A stretch of DNA of 64,000 nucleotides from Chiloscyllium plagiosum (lineage: Eukaryota), in the NCBI RefSeq assembly GCF_004010195.1, contig NC_057719.1, forward strand, positions 11,160,507-11,224,506. The letters run 5' to 3'. The position numbers were made by a program, and so were the translations under genes. The notes under the pieces are model-generated. The model was not told where the DNA came from. It searched no databases and worked only from the letters and a program-made list of their open reading frames with translations. Below, piece by piece: positions 37,300 to 49,454 of the stretch; position 1 is the first letter of the stretch, and the number at the start of each line of letters is the position of its first letter.

Positions 37300-37628
37300 G
37301 GGAGACAATGGGCCAAGTGGCATTACCGTTAGGCTATTAACCCAGAGATCCAGGCAATGTTCTGGGGACCTGGGTTCAAATCCTGCCATGGCAGATGGTG
37401 GAATTTGAATTTTATTTTTAAATCTAGAGTTACGGCTCCAATGCTGATCATGAAGCTAATATTTGGATTGTTGGAAAAGCCCATCTAGTTCACTAATGTC
37501 CTTCAGGAAGGGAAATCGTTATCCTTACCTAGTCAGGGGTTGACTCTTAACTGCCCTCTGAGCAATTATGTACGGGAAATAAGTGCTGGCCTAATCAGTG
37601 ATGCCCACATCCTGTGAGTGATTTTTTT
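37300..37628 (+). mobile_element. Second tRNA-headed SINE family; other copies at ~46170-46620 and ~60958-61250
   Basis: B box GGGTTCAAATCC, then CCATGGCAGATGGTGGAATTTGAATT...CCCATCTAGTTCACTAATGTCCTT, shared among copies. Confidence 0.7.
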
Positions 37629-37649
37629 ATAAATTATTTACTCTGTATA

Positions 37650-38080
37650 GAACCCATTTGAACGTTTTTGTCAAATCTCTCGTCAGTTTCTTTTTTTCTC
37701 AAGAGAACATCCCATCTTCTACAAATTGTCCACACAACCCATCTTTCATCACTGGAATTATTCTTGCAAATCCTCTCTGCACCCTCTCAAAGGTCTTTAC
37801 ATCCTTCCTGAGGTGTGATGCCCAGAACTGGAAATGTTGGTTGAGGCTGAATCAGTGCATTTGTATGGATTCGCCATAAGGCTTTGCACACTATTCTACT
37901 TACGAAGCCCAGAATCTGGTGTGGTTTACTCACCACTTTCTCAATCTGCCCTGTCATCTTCAATGATCTGTGCACATACATTCCACAGTCTCTCTGCTCC
38001 TACACTCGCTTTAGAATTGTATACTTTATATTAAGTTACTTCTCCTACTAAAATGCATCATTTTGTACTTCCCAGCACTT
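37650..38080 (-). mobile_element. Old CR1 LINE fragment
   Basis: YVHRSLKMTGQIEKVVSKPHQILGFVSR. Confidence 0.7.
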
Positions 38081-38245
38081 TATTTCATCATATGCAGTTT
38101 GGTACAATGAAGAGACTGGAACATAAAACAGTGACCTGAATGGGACATAACGCTTCTCAATGTGTTGTATGAAAGGCACATCAGTGGTTCTGTTAGCAGA
38201 CATAAACCATAACTGACATTTCAGCAGGACCTTCAATACGATCAA

Positions 38246-38607
38246 ATCATAGAATCCCTACAGTGTTGAAGCAGGCCATTCAGTCCATCGAGTTTATACC
38301 GACTGTCCTGAACAGCATTCCACCCGTATCCAACAACGCTCCCAACCCTATCCCAGTAACCTTGCATTCTCCTTGCTAATGCACCTAACCTGCACATCTC
38401 TAGACACTATGGGCAATTTAGCAGGGCCAACTCACCTAACCTGCACATCTTTGGACCATGGAAGGAAGCGGGAGCACCCAGAGGAAACACAGGCAGACAC
38501 GGGGAGAACGTGCAACTCCACACAGACAGTTGCCTGAGGATGGAATCGAACCTGGGTCTTCGAGCTGTGAAGCAGCAGTGCTAACAACTGAGCCACCAGG
38601 CGGCCCC
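38246..38607 (-). mobile_element. HE1-like SINE
   Basis: Reverse complement of SINE head, body and CR1-like tail. Confidence 0.88.
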
Positions 38608-39704
38608 CAATGTCACAGCATGCTTCACCAAAGCTATTGATCAAAGAAGTTCTCAATCAAAATTTAATGGCAAGCCACGTGTACAGAAATAAGGGAAGGT
38701 ACACAAAAGTCTGGACAAAGGGATAGGTTTTAATTGCACCTTACAGGAGGAAAGAGCGACAAAGATGTGCAGAGATGTAGGGAGAGAATTGCAAAACATA
38801 AGAGCCATGTGGTTATAGGTAACACCAGCACTGATGGTTTAGATTCACACTCGATATGCTTCAGTTTCAAATCACTTCAAGTCCAACTTGTACAGGAGGC
38901 TGGAGTGCAGAATAGAATAGAATAAAAATTTACAAATGGTTATAACAGTTGGAGGACGTTACACAGATGGAGGGGCAAGTTCCCATTAAAAATAAAATTG
39001 CAATAATGACCATGTAACATGCTTTGCATGTTATTTTAGTGTTTGAGGGATAAATATTGGCTAGAACAAGGAAAGGCAAGGTCATAAAAACATATACAAA
39101 CCAGAATAAGAATGTGAAAATCAGGGTAATGGCAGACTCAGAGAGCAATGCAGATCAGTTGGAAAAGGGGTGGAAAATACAAGAGGAGGCTTGACCTGTT
39201 TCTTCTTTTTCTGCAAAAACCAACAACTTGTGGGGTCCATTTCCACAGCCACTTGGTGGACCTTTGCTACTTCGTCCTCCACCACAGCCTTACAGAACAT
39301 GTTACAGAAAGCATCACTTCTCACCATAGCTTGGAAACTGCTTATGAACACAGTCTTGAGACTGCTATTATGGGATTCAGCTGAGGTGCTTCTTACAATT
39401 ATGGAGAGCTTTGATGGAAAGGGAGGACATCTGGTTGCTCTGTTTGGGTAGTCACTGATGACAACAAGTCATCAATTTAAAATGGTCACCAGGAGATTGA
39501 TGTAAGAAGTTGGAAGAAGACAAACTCCTTGTGCACTAGGATGGCTGCAGCAGGGAAAGTTTTCAAACATGCAACATATTGTCCCAGCCAATGGTAATCC
39601 CTCAACCAACAAATAGAAAAGGTTGCTTGGTCATTATCACATTGCTATTTGCAGGAGCTTGCTGTACGAAAATGACTGGCACGTTCCTTACATTATAACA
39701 AAGG

Positions 39705-39865
39705 GGTCTCTTAGCTAGACGGCTGTTTGTGATACAGAGTGACACCAACAGCACAGGTTCAATTCCCATACTGGCTGAGGTCACCATGAAGGGCCCATCT
39801 TCTCAACCTCTCCCCTCGCCTGAGGCATGGTGACCCTCAGGTTAAACCACCACCAGTTGTCTCAG
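39705..39865 (+). mobile_element. tRNA-headed SINE fragment (third family) next to a Deu-like SINE remnant
   Basis: B box GGTTCAATTCCC at ~39756; body unlike the HE1-like SINE. Confidence 0.5.
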
Positions 39866-40404
39866 CCCCACTGCATCTTCAGGTTATTCCATCATTCCTT
39901 AATCGGCTTTTCCCAAGCCCAGGAACCATTAACTGAACTGTGATGAACTCTGTCTAATTTTACTTTTTTTATATTATTATGAATGAGTTCAGTCATTAAT
40001 GTCAGCAGGGTGGGGTGACTTATCGAACTTTTCACTGTATTTTTATGTAAAAGTACACATGACAATAATATTCTATTCTATTCTATTCTATTCTGTTATT
40101 GCAGCTGACCAAGAAGGGGTTAAAAAGAGAGGAGCTAGTTCCCCCTCCTCATCTGGTCATGACAAGGACAGTGATCAGTGTTGCACTGGTCTGGTAAAAG
40201 GCTCCTTCTGAGCTCTACATTGTTATCATTCTATTGGTCCTTTCGACCTTTCCAACATCTCATTTTGTTGTTTTGTTTTCAATACTAAACATTGGCTAAA
40301 AATCACACACTGTTGTCCCTTGTTTTAAAGCTGACTTTAATTTAAAATAAGTAGAGTTCAGATTGATTGTGATAGACACAATTAAAGACAGCTCTCTAAC
40401 TGAT

Positions 40405-40601
40405 AGGACAGGTTGGGATAACTACCAATCCTGTCCTCCACATGATCTGATAGGTTGGGACAACTACCAATCCTGTCCTCCACATGATACGATAGGTTGG
40501 GTTAACTACCAATCCTGTCCTTCACACGATCTGATAGGTTGGGATAACTACTAATCCTGTCCTCCACATGCCATGATAGGTTGGGATAACTACCAATCCT
40601 G
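40405..40601. repeat. 42-bp minisatellite, about 4.7 copies (AGGTTGGGATAACTACCAATCCTGTCCTCCACATGATCTGAT)
   Basis: AGGTTGGG recurs at 40410, 40452, 40494, 40536 and 40578. Confidence 0.95.
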
Positions 40602-41464
40602 ACTTCTTGATTGGCTGTCAGTGACATCTTCCAGACTCTTTGGGAGAGGGGAAAAGGTTGATTGCTCTGGTGAAATGCTGACAAGCTGGCATTGAACACC
40701 ATTAACTTCAAAAGGAGACAACAGGCATGACTGCAATGGCTGATTCAGTGACATTAGTGAATGAAGAGAAGTATTCCCACATTTCAGTGCTCAGATGGTG
40801 CATTAAAAAAAGTGTGTAATTTGGCAGCATAAAATTTCAACACCTTCCAATTATAGCCCACTCCAGTGCCAGACATGAGAAAAACAACCCAAGGTGCTTC
40901 AGTAGAGAGTTATTAGACAAATTTCTAACACTAATATATGATAGGGGCTAAACTAACCTTGATCAGAGATTTTAAAAGGAAAAGAGATGTGAAGATGTGC
41001 CGGAATCACAAAATTATAATGGAGCAGAAGCTGGCCATTTAGCCATGATGTCTGTAGTGGCCCACTGACCATCTTGACTTAGTTCCAAACTCCTACCTTC
41101 TCTCCACAACCCTGCACATTATTTAAATATAAACAATTATGCAATGGTTTCTTCAATGCCCCAATCAAACGTGCCTCCACCTCAAGTCCAGGCACTGTTT
41201 TCCAAACCTGAACCAGTCACTGCGAAAGGAACTTATTTTTCTCACCATACCTGGTTCTTTAGCAATGCATTTTAAAACTGTGCCCTAGATCAATGGTTAA
41301 TGCTCCAGACAAGTCACCTCCCACCTGACCTGACTTCATCTAACCTCATCAACTCCCCCTTGTGTTAAACTAGCTTCGCCATTAATGAATCAATGCCAGT
41401 GGCCTCAACAATTTGGTTGGAATTTCAAATTCCTACCACTTGCTTGGTAAAGCTATTTCTCCTC

Positions 41465-41785
41465 CCTGAAGTGGATAAGATTGTGAAGAAGGCACGCTTA
41501 CCTTCATCAATTGGAGCACTGAATATCAAAGGTTGGCAAGTCATGTTGCAGCTGTATAAGACTTTAATTAGGTCACATTTGGCGTACTGTATGCAGTTTT
41601 GATCGCCACATTATAGGAAGAATGTAAAGACTTTGCAGAAAGTGCAAAAGAGGTTGACCAGGATAGTCCGTGGATTAGAGTGTGTAGCTATAAGGAAAGG
41701 TTGGACAAAGTTGGATTGCTTTTGCTAGAGCATCGGAGGCTAAGGGGTGACCTGACAGAAGTATATAAAATTATGAGAGGTATGG
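41465..41785 (+). mobile_element. CR1 LINE fragment
   Basis: VDKIVKKA...WQVMLQLYKTLIRSHLAYCMQF. Confidence 0.85.
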
Positions 41786-41810
41786 CAAGCAGAGTTGGAT
41801 GAGGTGAAGT

Positions 41811-42151
41811 TTAAGGAGAGTAAAAGATTAGAGCTCAAAGGCTCTGACCTCCCAATATTTATTTGAAGAAAATTTCAGCTCAAGCAGTTGGACAAGCACT
41901 CACGGATTAAGGGGACAGGTTAAGGAGAGTAAAAGATTAGAGCTCAACCAGGACAACACTGGAAGAGTCATGCCTGGGATGTGGGACAGGAAATGAAAAA
42001 TTCAAATGAGCAGGCAGCTATTGCAGACAGAGGAAAGCCAGAGACAGTTTGTGCCTGGAACCAAAGACAAAGGCTCTGACCTCCCAATATTTATTTGAAG
42101 AAAATTTCAGCTCAAGCAGTTGGACAAGCACTCACGGATTAAGGGGACAGG
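41811..42151. repeat. Local tandem duplication with internal deletion (A-B / A-X-B)
   Basis: 28-bp A at 41811 and 41920; 84-bp B at 41836-41919 and 42068-42151; copies identical. Confidence 0.92.
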
Positions 42152-42797
42152 CAGAAGGATAGTGTTTCAGCCACAATCAGATCAGCCATATTCTTATTGA
42201 ATGGCAGACCAGATTCGATGAGCTGAATGGCCTAACAACACTGGCTGCTCTTCAAAAGTAACCAGTTTATTCTGGGGCAGCTGAGGGGCTAAGAAGCTAC
42301 TTCATAAGTATTTGATATGATTGACTTATTCACGAGTACCAAAGTAAGGCTTTGCTTATGAGCAGTACAGGCAGATCATAGTAAGCAAGGACTTACAGAT
42401 CATAGGGTGAAACAATACTTGGGCAGAGTCATACAGGTTATATTGCACAGGGCGTGCGCTAGGCAAGGTCAACATTAGCAAAATCAGTGTTATTTGAACT
42501 TAGAGAAGGCCATTCATCAGTCTAATAATAGCCAAGAAGAAGCTGTTCCTGAATCTGTTGGTACATGTGTTCAGGCTTCTATATCTTCTGCCTGGCAGAA
42601 GAGGTTGTAGGAGTGCATTGCCAGGGTGTGATTGGTCTTTGATGATGTTGGCAGTATTTCTGCAGCATTGAGCATATAAATGGAATCCATGGATGGAAGG
42701 TTGGCTTCCATGATGGTCTGGGCTGTGCACATCACCTTCTGTAGTTTCTTATAGTCCTGGGCAGAAGAGTTGCTGTACCAGGCCGTTATGCACCCAG

Positions 42798-42869
42798 CTG
42801 AAAAATGTGTTGCTGGAAAAGTACAGCAGGTCAGGCAGCATCCAAGGAGCAGGAGAATCGACGTTTCGG
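42798..42869 (-). mobile_element. Truncated PLE-terminus insert with 8-bp TSD
   Basis: GCACCCAG at 42790-42797 and 42870-42877; minus strand starts CCGAAACGTCG. Confidence 0.85.
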
Positions 42870-42995
42870 GCACCCAGACAGTATGCTTTCAATGGTGCAT
42901 CTGTAAAAGTTGGTGAGGGACATTGTGGACATGCCGAATTTCCTGAGCTGCCTGAGGAAGAAGAGATGTGGTATGGCTTCTTGACCACTGCATCT

Positions 42996-43312
42996 ATTAG
43001 ATTAGATTAGATTACTTACAGTGTGGAAACAGGCCCAACAAGTCCACACTGACCCGCCGAAGCGCAACCCACCCAGACCTATTCCCCTGCATTTATCCCT
43101 TCACCTAACACTACGGGCAATTTAGCATGGCCACTTCACCTAACCTACACATTTTTGGATTGTGGGAGGAAACCGGAGCTCCCGGAGGAAACCCACGCAG
43201 ACACGGGTAGAATGCGCAAACTCCACACAGCGAGTCGCCTGAGGCGGGCATTGAACCCGGGTCTCTGGTGCTGTGAGGCAGCAGTGCTAACCACTGTGCC
43301 ACCGTGCCGCCC
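42996..43312 (-). mobile_element. HE1-like SINE inserted in the Rex1 LINE
   Basis: Full-length reverse-complement copy with (TAATC)n tail. Confidence 0.92.
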
Positions 43313-44361
43313 ACTATGTGGGAAGTCTAGGAAAGGTTGTTGGTTATCGTCACTTCCAGGAACTTGGTGCTCTCTACCCTCTCGACCTCAGCTCCATTGA
43401 TGTAGATAGAGGCAAGTTCTTCTCCCTTCTTTCTGAAGTCAATGATCAGTTCTTTAGCTTTTCGAACATTGAGAGAGAGGTTGTTCTCAGTGCACCCCGT
43501 CACCAAGCCCTCTATCTCATTTCTGTATACTGACTTGTCGTTGTATTCCTGTTCAAACATATTTCCAACTTCATGAAAAAGAAGCTTGCAGCCTGTACCT
43601 TAATAGTCACTTGTGATAAAGCATTCCATATTTTAGTAACCCTTTGTGAAAAATATTTCAGCTAACTTTCCCTTTCATTCTGTGATAATCTTCAGTAAGT
43701 GCCTCTTGTCAACACTGAAGAACAGTATTAGATTATTTATTTACCTTCTGAAAGCATCTTGTCACTTTGAAAATCCCCAGCAAGTACCCTAATAAAGTGT
43801 ATTCAGCCCTTAAACCAGCAGTGCTCTGGGGTACTGCAGTAACATTTAGAATGGCAGTAACATGTTTGAATAGACAAAGCCTGTTGTAGCTATCCTTTGG
43901 TACATTTTGCACATTCAGTGAAGCTGGAGGCAATGCAGTAAATCTACGAGACTGCATTAACAACATAACATGATTTGTACACTGAACCAATGCTGCATTT
44001 GGAAGGGGAAACATTGTGTTCTTCATCCATATCTGTTTTGGTTTATTCTAGGTTTTTTTGTTCAATTTTCTTCACATCAGTTTTTCTTGTTTACCCAGAA
44101 GTACGCCTGTTTTTTCCATCTATTCATGGGATGTGAACATGCTGACAAGAACAGTACTTACTGCTCATCCTTAATTCCCCTGTAGCTGAGAAGCACCTTG
44201 TTAAATCACTGCAGTCCATGGTGATGGAGGTACCCTCACCCAGCACGGTGAGGGAAGGAGTTCCAGGATTTTGAATCAACGACAGTGATATATTTCTAAG
44301 TCAGGATGGTGAGTAGCTCCCAAGAATCTGCTTCCATTGTCTTTCTAATGGTAGAGATTGC

Positions 44362-44522
44362 AGAATGTTCTCACGGGGGAGAGGGGCCAGCAAGAGGTCA
44401 TTGTCCACATTGGAACCAAAGACATTGGAAAGGAAAAGGTTGACAGTCAACATTTAAGAGGCATTTGGAGGAGTATATGAATAGGAAGGGTTTGGAGGGA
44501 TATGGGCTGGGTGCTGGCAGGT
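44362..44522 (+). mobile_element. CR1 ORF1 esterase piece fused to a CR1 3' piece
   Basis: NVLTGERGQQEVIVHIGTKDIGKEK followed directly by CAACATTTAAGAGGCATTTGGA...GGTGCTGGCAGGTG. Confidence 0.7.
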
Positions 44523-44692
44523 GAGTCAAACAGGCTGCCTTTGTCCTGGATGCTGTTGAGCTTCACAAATATTGCTGGAGCTGCATTCCTCCATGCATGT
44601 GGAACACATTCCATCACACTCCTGACGTGCAACCTCTAGGTAATGGATTGTACAGTGTCTTGTTGTTTGTTATTGTAATAGAGTTCTTTATT

Positions 44693-45172
44693 CTCAACTA
44701 GGAGAAAGTATGGGCTGCAGATGCTGGAGATCAGAGTTGAGAGTGTGGTGCTCGAAAACCACAGGTCAGGTAGTATCCAAGGATCAGCAGAATCGACATT
44801 TGGGCATAAGCCCTTCATCAGTAATTGGCTGAAGAGCTTCAGGGCAGAGGAGGTGACCTGGGGTGTGCAGAGAGAGATAGAGAGAGAGAGAGACTCACTG
44901 AGATACTTGTAGAGGGCGGAGGGGAGGAGGAGAACTTCTTCAAGGTAGGCATCCTTGGAAGAGGCCTCACAGTAAGGTTAAAATCAACTAGGAGAAAGTG
45001 AGAACTTCAGATGCTGGAGATCAGGGTCGAGAGTATGGTGCTGGAAAAGCACAGCAGGTCAGGCAGCATCCGAGGAGCCGGAGACTCGGCTTTTTAGGCA
45101 TGCCTGAAACATTGACACTCCTGCCCCTCGGATGCTGCCTGACCTGCTGTGCTTTTCCAGCACCACACACTC
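44693..45172 (-). mobile_element. Penelope-like element remnant with two tandem terminal repeats, the second folded back
   Basis: TCAACTAGGAGAAAGT...GATGCTGGAGATCAG at ~44693 and ~44984, separated by ~160 bp with (AG)n; degenerate core CTGATGAAGGGCTTATGCCCAAATGTC on the minus strand. Confidence 0.8.
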
Positions 45173-46999
45173 AACTTCTTCATTCTCAACATACAATTCC
45201 AGATTGCGGGGCACATATGACCCATGGTACTGTTCTGACCTTTGGGCCAGGAGGTCTGTCTTCAAGTCCCACCTGTCCTAGACATATATCATAACATGTC
45301 TGAACAGGTTGATTAGAAATATCATCAGTTCCATAATGTTACAGGGATGACAACCAGCATGAGAGGAAGAGGAGGGAGAGAGGGGGGACGCAATGTGTGT
45401 GCTTGTAACCACAGAAATCTTTGTTGGGACACTTCTTTATGCATCGACTGTTTAAAGTGAAATGTGCCTTATCATTTCACTTACCTTCACTTATTAATGT
45501 TTGAGTTAGGTTGATTGTAGTTAGCGTGTTCCAATAAAGGTTTTCAGTTTCCAATAAAAGTGAGATCTTGTCCCTTCACTTTCTATCCTTTGACTATGCG
45601 GGAATTCAAATATTTTCAGTCTCATGTGGTATCTATAACGCAATATACATTTATTGTCTATTGCCCCTGTAGAATTTCTCCCAAGGTTTCTTCACAACAG
45701 AATCCTGGAGATTAATCTAAAATTCCTGGAGACTCCTGTAGATTTGGATGGTTCGCAACTCTAGACATGATGGAAGTTCCAAAAGATACATTAAACAGCC
45801 TCGTCTTTAGGAAGTCAAAGGTTGTGTTTTTTCTGGGTTTTCTTCCTAGTAAAGACTCTCCAGTTTATTGATGATCTTAATTCAAGCGGGTAGAAAAGGG
45901 TGGAAATGAATAAGATTTCAAACTGTTGTTAGATAAGACAAGAAGTATTACGAGAGCTTGAAATATTGGAACATGAGCCCTCAGTGTTAGTATTAGCAGT
46001 AACAAAGATCTTCTCCCTTTCACGTCTCCATGTTTGTTAGATCAAAGAGTGAAAAATTCCTTTTGAGCCTTGGTTTTAGTTTGTAAAACACTTACTGATC
46101 TGTTGATGTGAAATTATAGAAGTCTATTACATTCTGTCTCAGATTGATTGTCCTTTGCAATTTTTAAAAATTATTTTATGGGATATGGGTGTCACTCACA
46201 AGGGGCACCATTAATTGCCCATCTCCCTTTAATAGGGTGTCTTGCTATAGGCCATTTCAAACTCACTCCTTTGGGGAAGATGATGGTGTAATGGTAATGT
46301 TGCTAGACTAATAATGCAGAGGCTCAGGTGAAAGTTTTAGGGACATGGATTCCAATCCCACTATGGCAGAAGCTGTTTTGACCTGACCTATCCTACAAAT
46401 GACTCCAGCAATGTGATTGACATAAAACTGCCTGCTGGGCAACTGGGGATGGCCAGCAACTCCCATATTCCATGAATAAATAAAAAGGAATTTCAGAGGG
46501 CATTTTAGAGTTAACCACTTTATTGAGAGTCTGGAGTCACATGTAGGCTGGGCCAGGCATGGACAGCAGATTTCCTTCCCTAATAACATTTTTAAAAATC
46601 TGTTTCACTAATGAAAATTAAGGATAGACTCATGGTTACCCTAACTGATGATAATGTCATCAAATTTTTCTCATTTTTTTCCCCCAAGATCTTGAATCTT
46701 TTTGAAAACTAGCAATGTATGGTTATACATTTACCATAAATATAAAACAGTTTGTTACTGCACATCAAAATAATGAACTTATAGGGTGAAGTAAGTGAAA
46801 AATAAATGGGTTAAGAAACCTTGTTACGGTCGGTGATGAAAAAAGTACCATTTCCCACACCACCAAACTCAATGGGCTCTGGAAATCTTAATGCATGTGT
46901 GCCTCTAACCAATAAGTTATATCAAGCATTTAGGACCTCTGTTGGACTGGATTGAGATTCAGTGAGTTTCACCAGAGGGAAGAATGGGTGAGATTTCCC

Positions 47000-47610
47000 A
47001 AGAGGGGAAATGTAGGAAAGGCCCACCAAACATTTAATGAAAAATGGAAAATAGAATGAGAAAAATTGGCCACTTATGCAATGAACAGATGGTACGAGCT
47101 TTCATGAATATACGACAAGGAGATCAGCTAAAGTTAGTGCTTCGAGGCAGTAACAGGAGAAATTATCTTTGGTAATTTATGATATGGCACAAACATCGAA
47201 CAAATATCCTGCGCCTATTCTCAGGTTGGATGACACAACTTACACATCAAGTAGAGAAACCCTGGAGCAAATAAGAGTGAAAATGTAAAGTAATTAATAT
47301 CAGCAGAGAAAAGTATTGGAGAAACTCAAGAGACTAAAATCCAACAAATTACCATTTCCTAATGGCCTAAATCTTAACAATGCATGTATAAAACTATACC
47401 ATGGTCCAATAAAGTACTCATGGCTTTCCAAAAGGAAAATTGTATTTGATAAATTTAGTAGAGTTTTTTTAAGGATATTAATTAGTAGAATCAATAAAAG
47501 TGAACGTACATGGAATATTGTAGGTTAGATGGGCTTCAGATTGGTATGACAGGTCGGCGCAACATCGAGGGCCAAAGGGCCTGTACTGCGCTGTAGTGTT
47601 CTATGTTCAA
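47000..47610 (+). mobile_element. Degraded CR1-like segments plus a CR1 3' tail
   Basis: AGAGAAAAGTATTGGAGAAACTCAAGAGACTAAAATCCAACAAATTACCA (EKVLEKLKxLKxNKxP); tail GGTCGGCGCAACATCGAGGGCC...TGTTCTATGTTC. Confidence 0.6.
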
Positions 47611-47627
47611 TAGTAGTACGCTCTAAC

Positions 47628-48109
47628 TTAGAGTCATAGAGATGTACAGCATGGAAACAGACCCTTCAGTCCAACCTGTCCATGCCAACCAGATATCCCA
47701 ACCCAATCTAGTCCCAACTGCCAGCACCCAGCCCATATCCCTCCAAACCCTCCCTATTCATATATCCATCCAGATGCCTTTTAAATGTTGCAATTGTACC
47801 AGCCTCCACTATTTCCTCTGGCAGATCATTCCATACACGTACCACCCTCTGCGTGAAAAAGTTGCCCCTTAGGTCTCTTTTTTATCTTTTGCCTCTCACC
47901 CTAAACTTATGCCCTCTAGTTCTAGACTCCCCCATGCCAGGGAAAAGACCTTTTCCATTTACCCTATCCATGCTCCTCATGATTTTGTAAACCTCTATGA
48001 GGTCACCCCTCAGTCTCCGACACTCCAGGGAAAACAGCCCCAGCCTATTCAACCTCTCCCTATAGCTCAAGTCCTCCAACCCTGGCAACATCCTTGTAAA
48101 TCTTTTCTG
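47628..48109 (-). mobile_element. CR1/HER1-type LINE 3' fragment
   Basis: QKRFTRMLPGLEDLSYRERLNRLGLFSLE...; tail. Confidence 0.93.
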
Positions 48110-48398
48110 AAGTGAATTTATTAAACAAGATAGTGGTGATGATTTTGGAGGTATGAACTGGTTTTCAGACAGCAAGCAAAGTGATACTTTCAAGGAATGT
48201 GAGCATAGCTGGATAGGCTGGCATTTGCCCATCCCTACTTGTCCTACGTCCTGGTATATTGGACCCATAATCTCTATAGTTTAGAAGAGTAAGATGTGTT
48301 CTCAGTGAAACATCCACAGAATAAACAGAAATTTTTCACCAGTCATGAAATCTAGAAGCACAGTCATCCGTTCATTTAGGACTGAGATAAGGAGAAAT

Positions 48399-48691
48399 AT
48401 GGAAACAGGCCCTTCGGCCCAACAAGTCCACACCGATCCTCCGAAGCGCAACCCACCCAGACCCATTCCCCTACACTTACCCCTTCACCTAACATTACGG
48501 GCAATTTAGCATGGCCAACTCACCTAACCTGCACAACTTTGGCGTGTGGGAGGAAACCGGACCACCAGGATGAAACCCACGCAGACACGGGGAGAATGTG
48601 CAAACTCCACACAGAGAGTCACCTTAGGCAGGAATTGAACCCCGGTCTCTGGCGCTGTGAGGCAGCAGTGCTAACGATGCCACCGTGCCGC
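48399..48691 (-). mobile_element. HE1-like SINE
   Basis: Reverse-complement copy with A and B boxes. Confidence 0.9.
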
Positions 48692-49409
48692 ACACTAATT
48701 ATGTCCATCAAAGTGTTAGTAATCTTTGGAATTCTCTGTTCCAAAGGATTGTGAATGATCCATCAATAAATACATTTAAGACCTAGAGAGGCAGACATTT
48801 GGTCTCTAAGGCCATCAGGGATATGGGGAGCATGAGGGAAAGCCTGAGATTCAGACATGATCATATTGGAATGACAGAGCAGAGTCAATAGGCTATACTG
48901 CTTAGGCCTGCCCAGAATTTTTATGATCCTGATTATACAACACAGAATGAAGACATTTAGCCCATCCTGCCTCTGCTAACTATTTGAAAGAACCATCCAA
49001 GTAATTCTGCTCCTCACTCTTTCCTCATAACTTTCCAATATATTTCCTCTTGAAGTAATTATCAACTTCCCTTTTGAAATTCACTCTTGAATCTGCTCTC
49101 ATCTCTCATTCAGACATTCCATATCATAATAATTCATTAGGTAGAAAAATAATCCTTACTTTCCCTCTGGTTCTTCAGGTAATCATTTAAAATTGAGATC
49201 TTCTAATTATTGACCACATCTTAACAATCATCAACCCCAAGCCCCACATGGAAACAGTCACTTCTCATTTTCACCATCAATGCCGTTCATCTATTTGCAG
49301 TGTTTGAAAGTTAGTCGGGCAGCCTCTAACTGGTTCTGGATCAGTGGTGCTGGAAGGGCACAGCAGTTCAGGCAGCATCCGAGGACAGGCAAAGTCCGAG
49401 GACAGGCAA

Positions 49410-49445
49410 AATCGACGTTTCGGGCAAAAGCCCTTCATCAGGAAT
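49410..49445 (-). ncRNA. Minimal type-I hammerhead ribozyme motif with intact core, ADCK1-sense orientation
   Basis: ATTC-CTGATGA-A-GGGC-TTTT-GCCC-GAAA-CG-TC-GATT on the minus strand. Confidence 0.78.
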
Positions 49446-49454
49446 AAAGGCAGA

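Larger units (their letters stand above)
42320..43555 (-). mobile_element. Rex1/Babar-type LINE 3' region with nested SINE and PLE-terminus inserts
   Basis: YRNEIEGLV..CTENNLSLNVRKAKELIIDFRK..ERVESTKFLEVTITNNLS; GCITAWYSN..KKLQKV..TAQTI; IIKDQSHPG..LLPGRRYRS..TNRFRNSFF. Confidence 0.88.

Noticed and set aside
39121..39351. ORF with AKVHQVAV, vaguely like ADCK1 AQVHKAV
   Set aside because: It lacks ASLAQ and VAVKVQHP, and has no matching splice sites.
40363..40554. 14-aa repeat protein (GWDNYQSCPPHDLI)n
   Set aside because: Translation of the 42-bp minisatellite, ended by a stop within the array, with no gene context.
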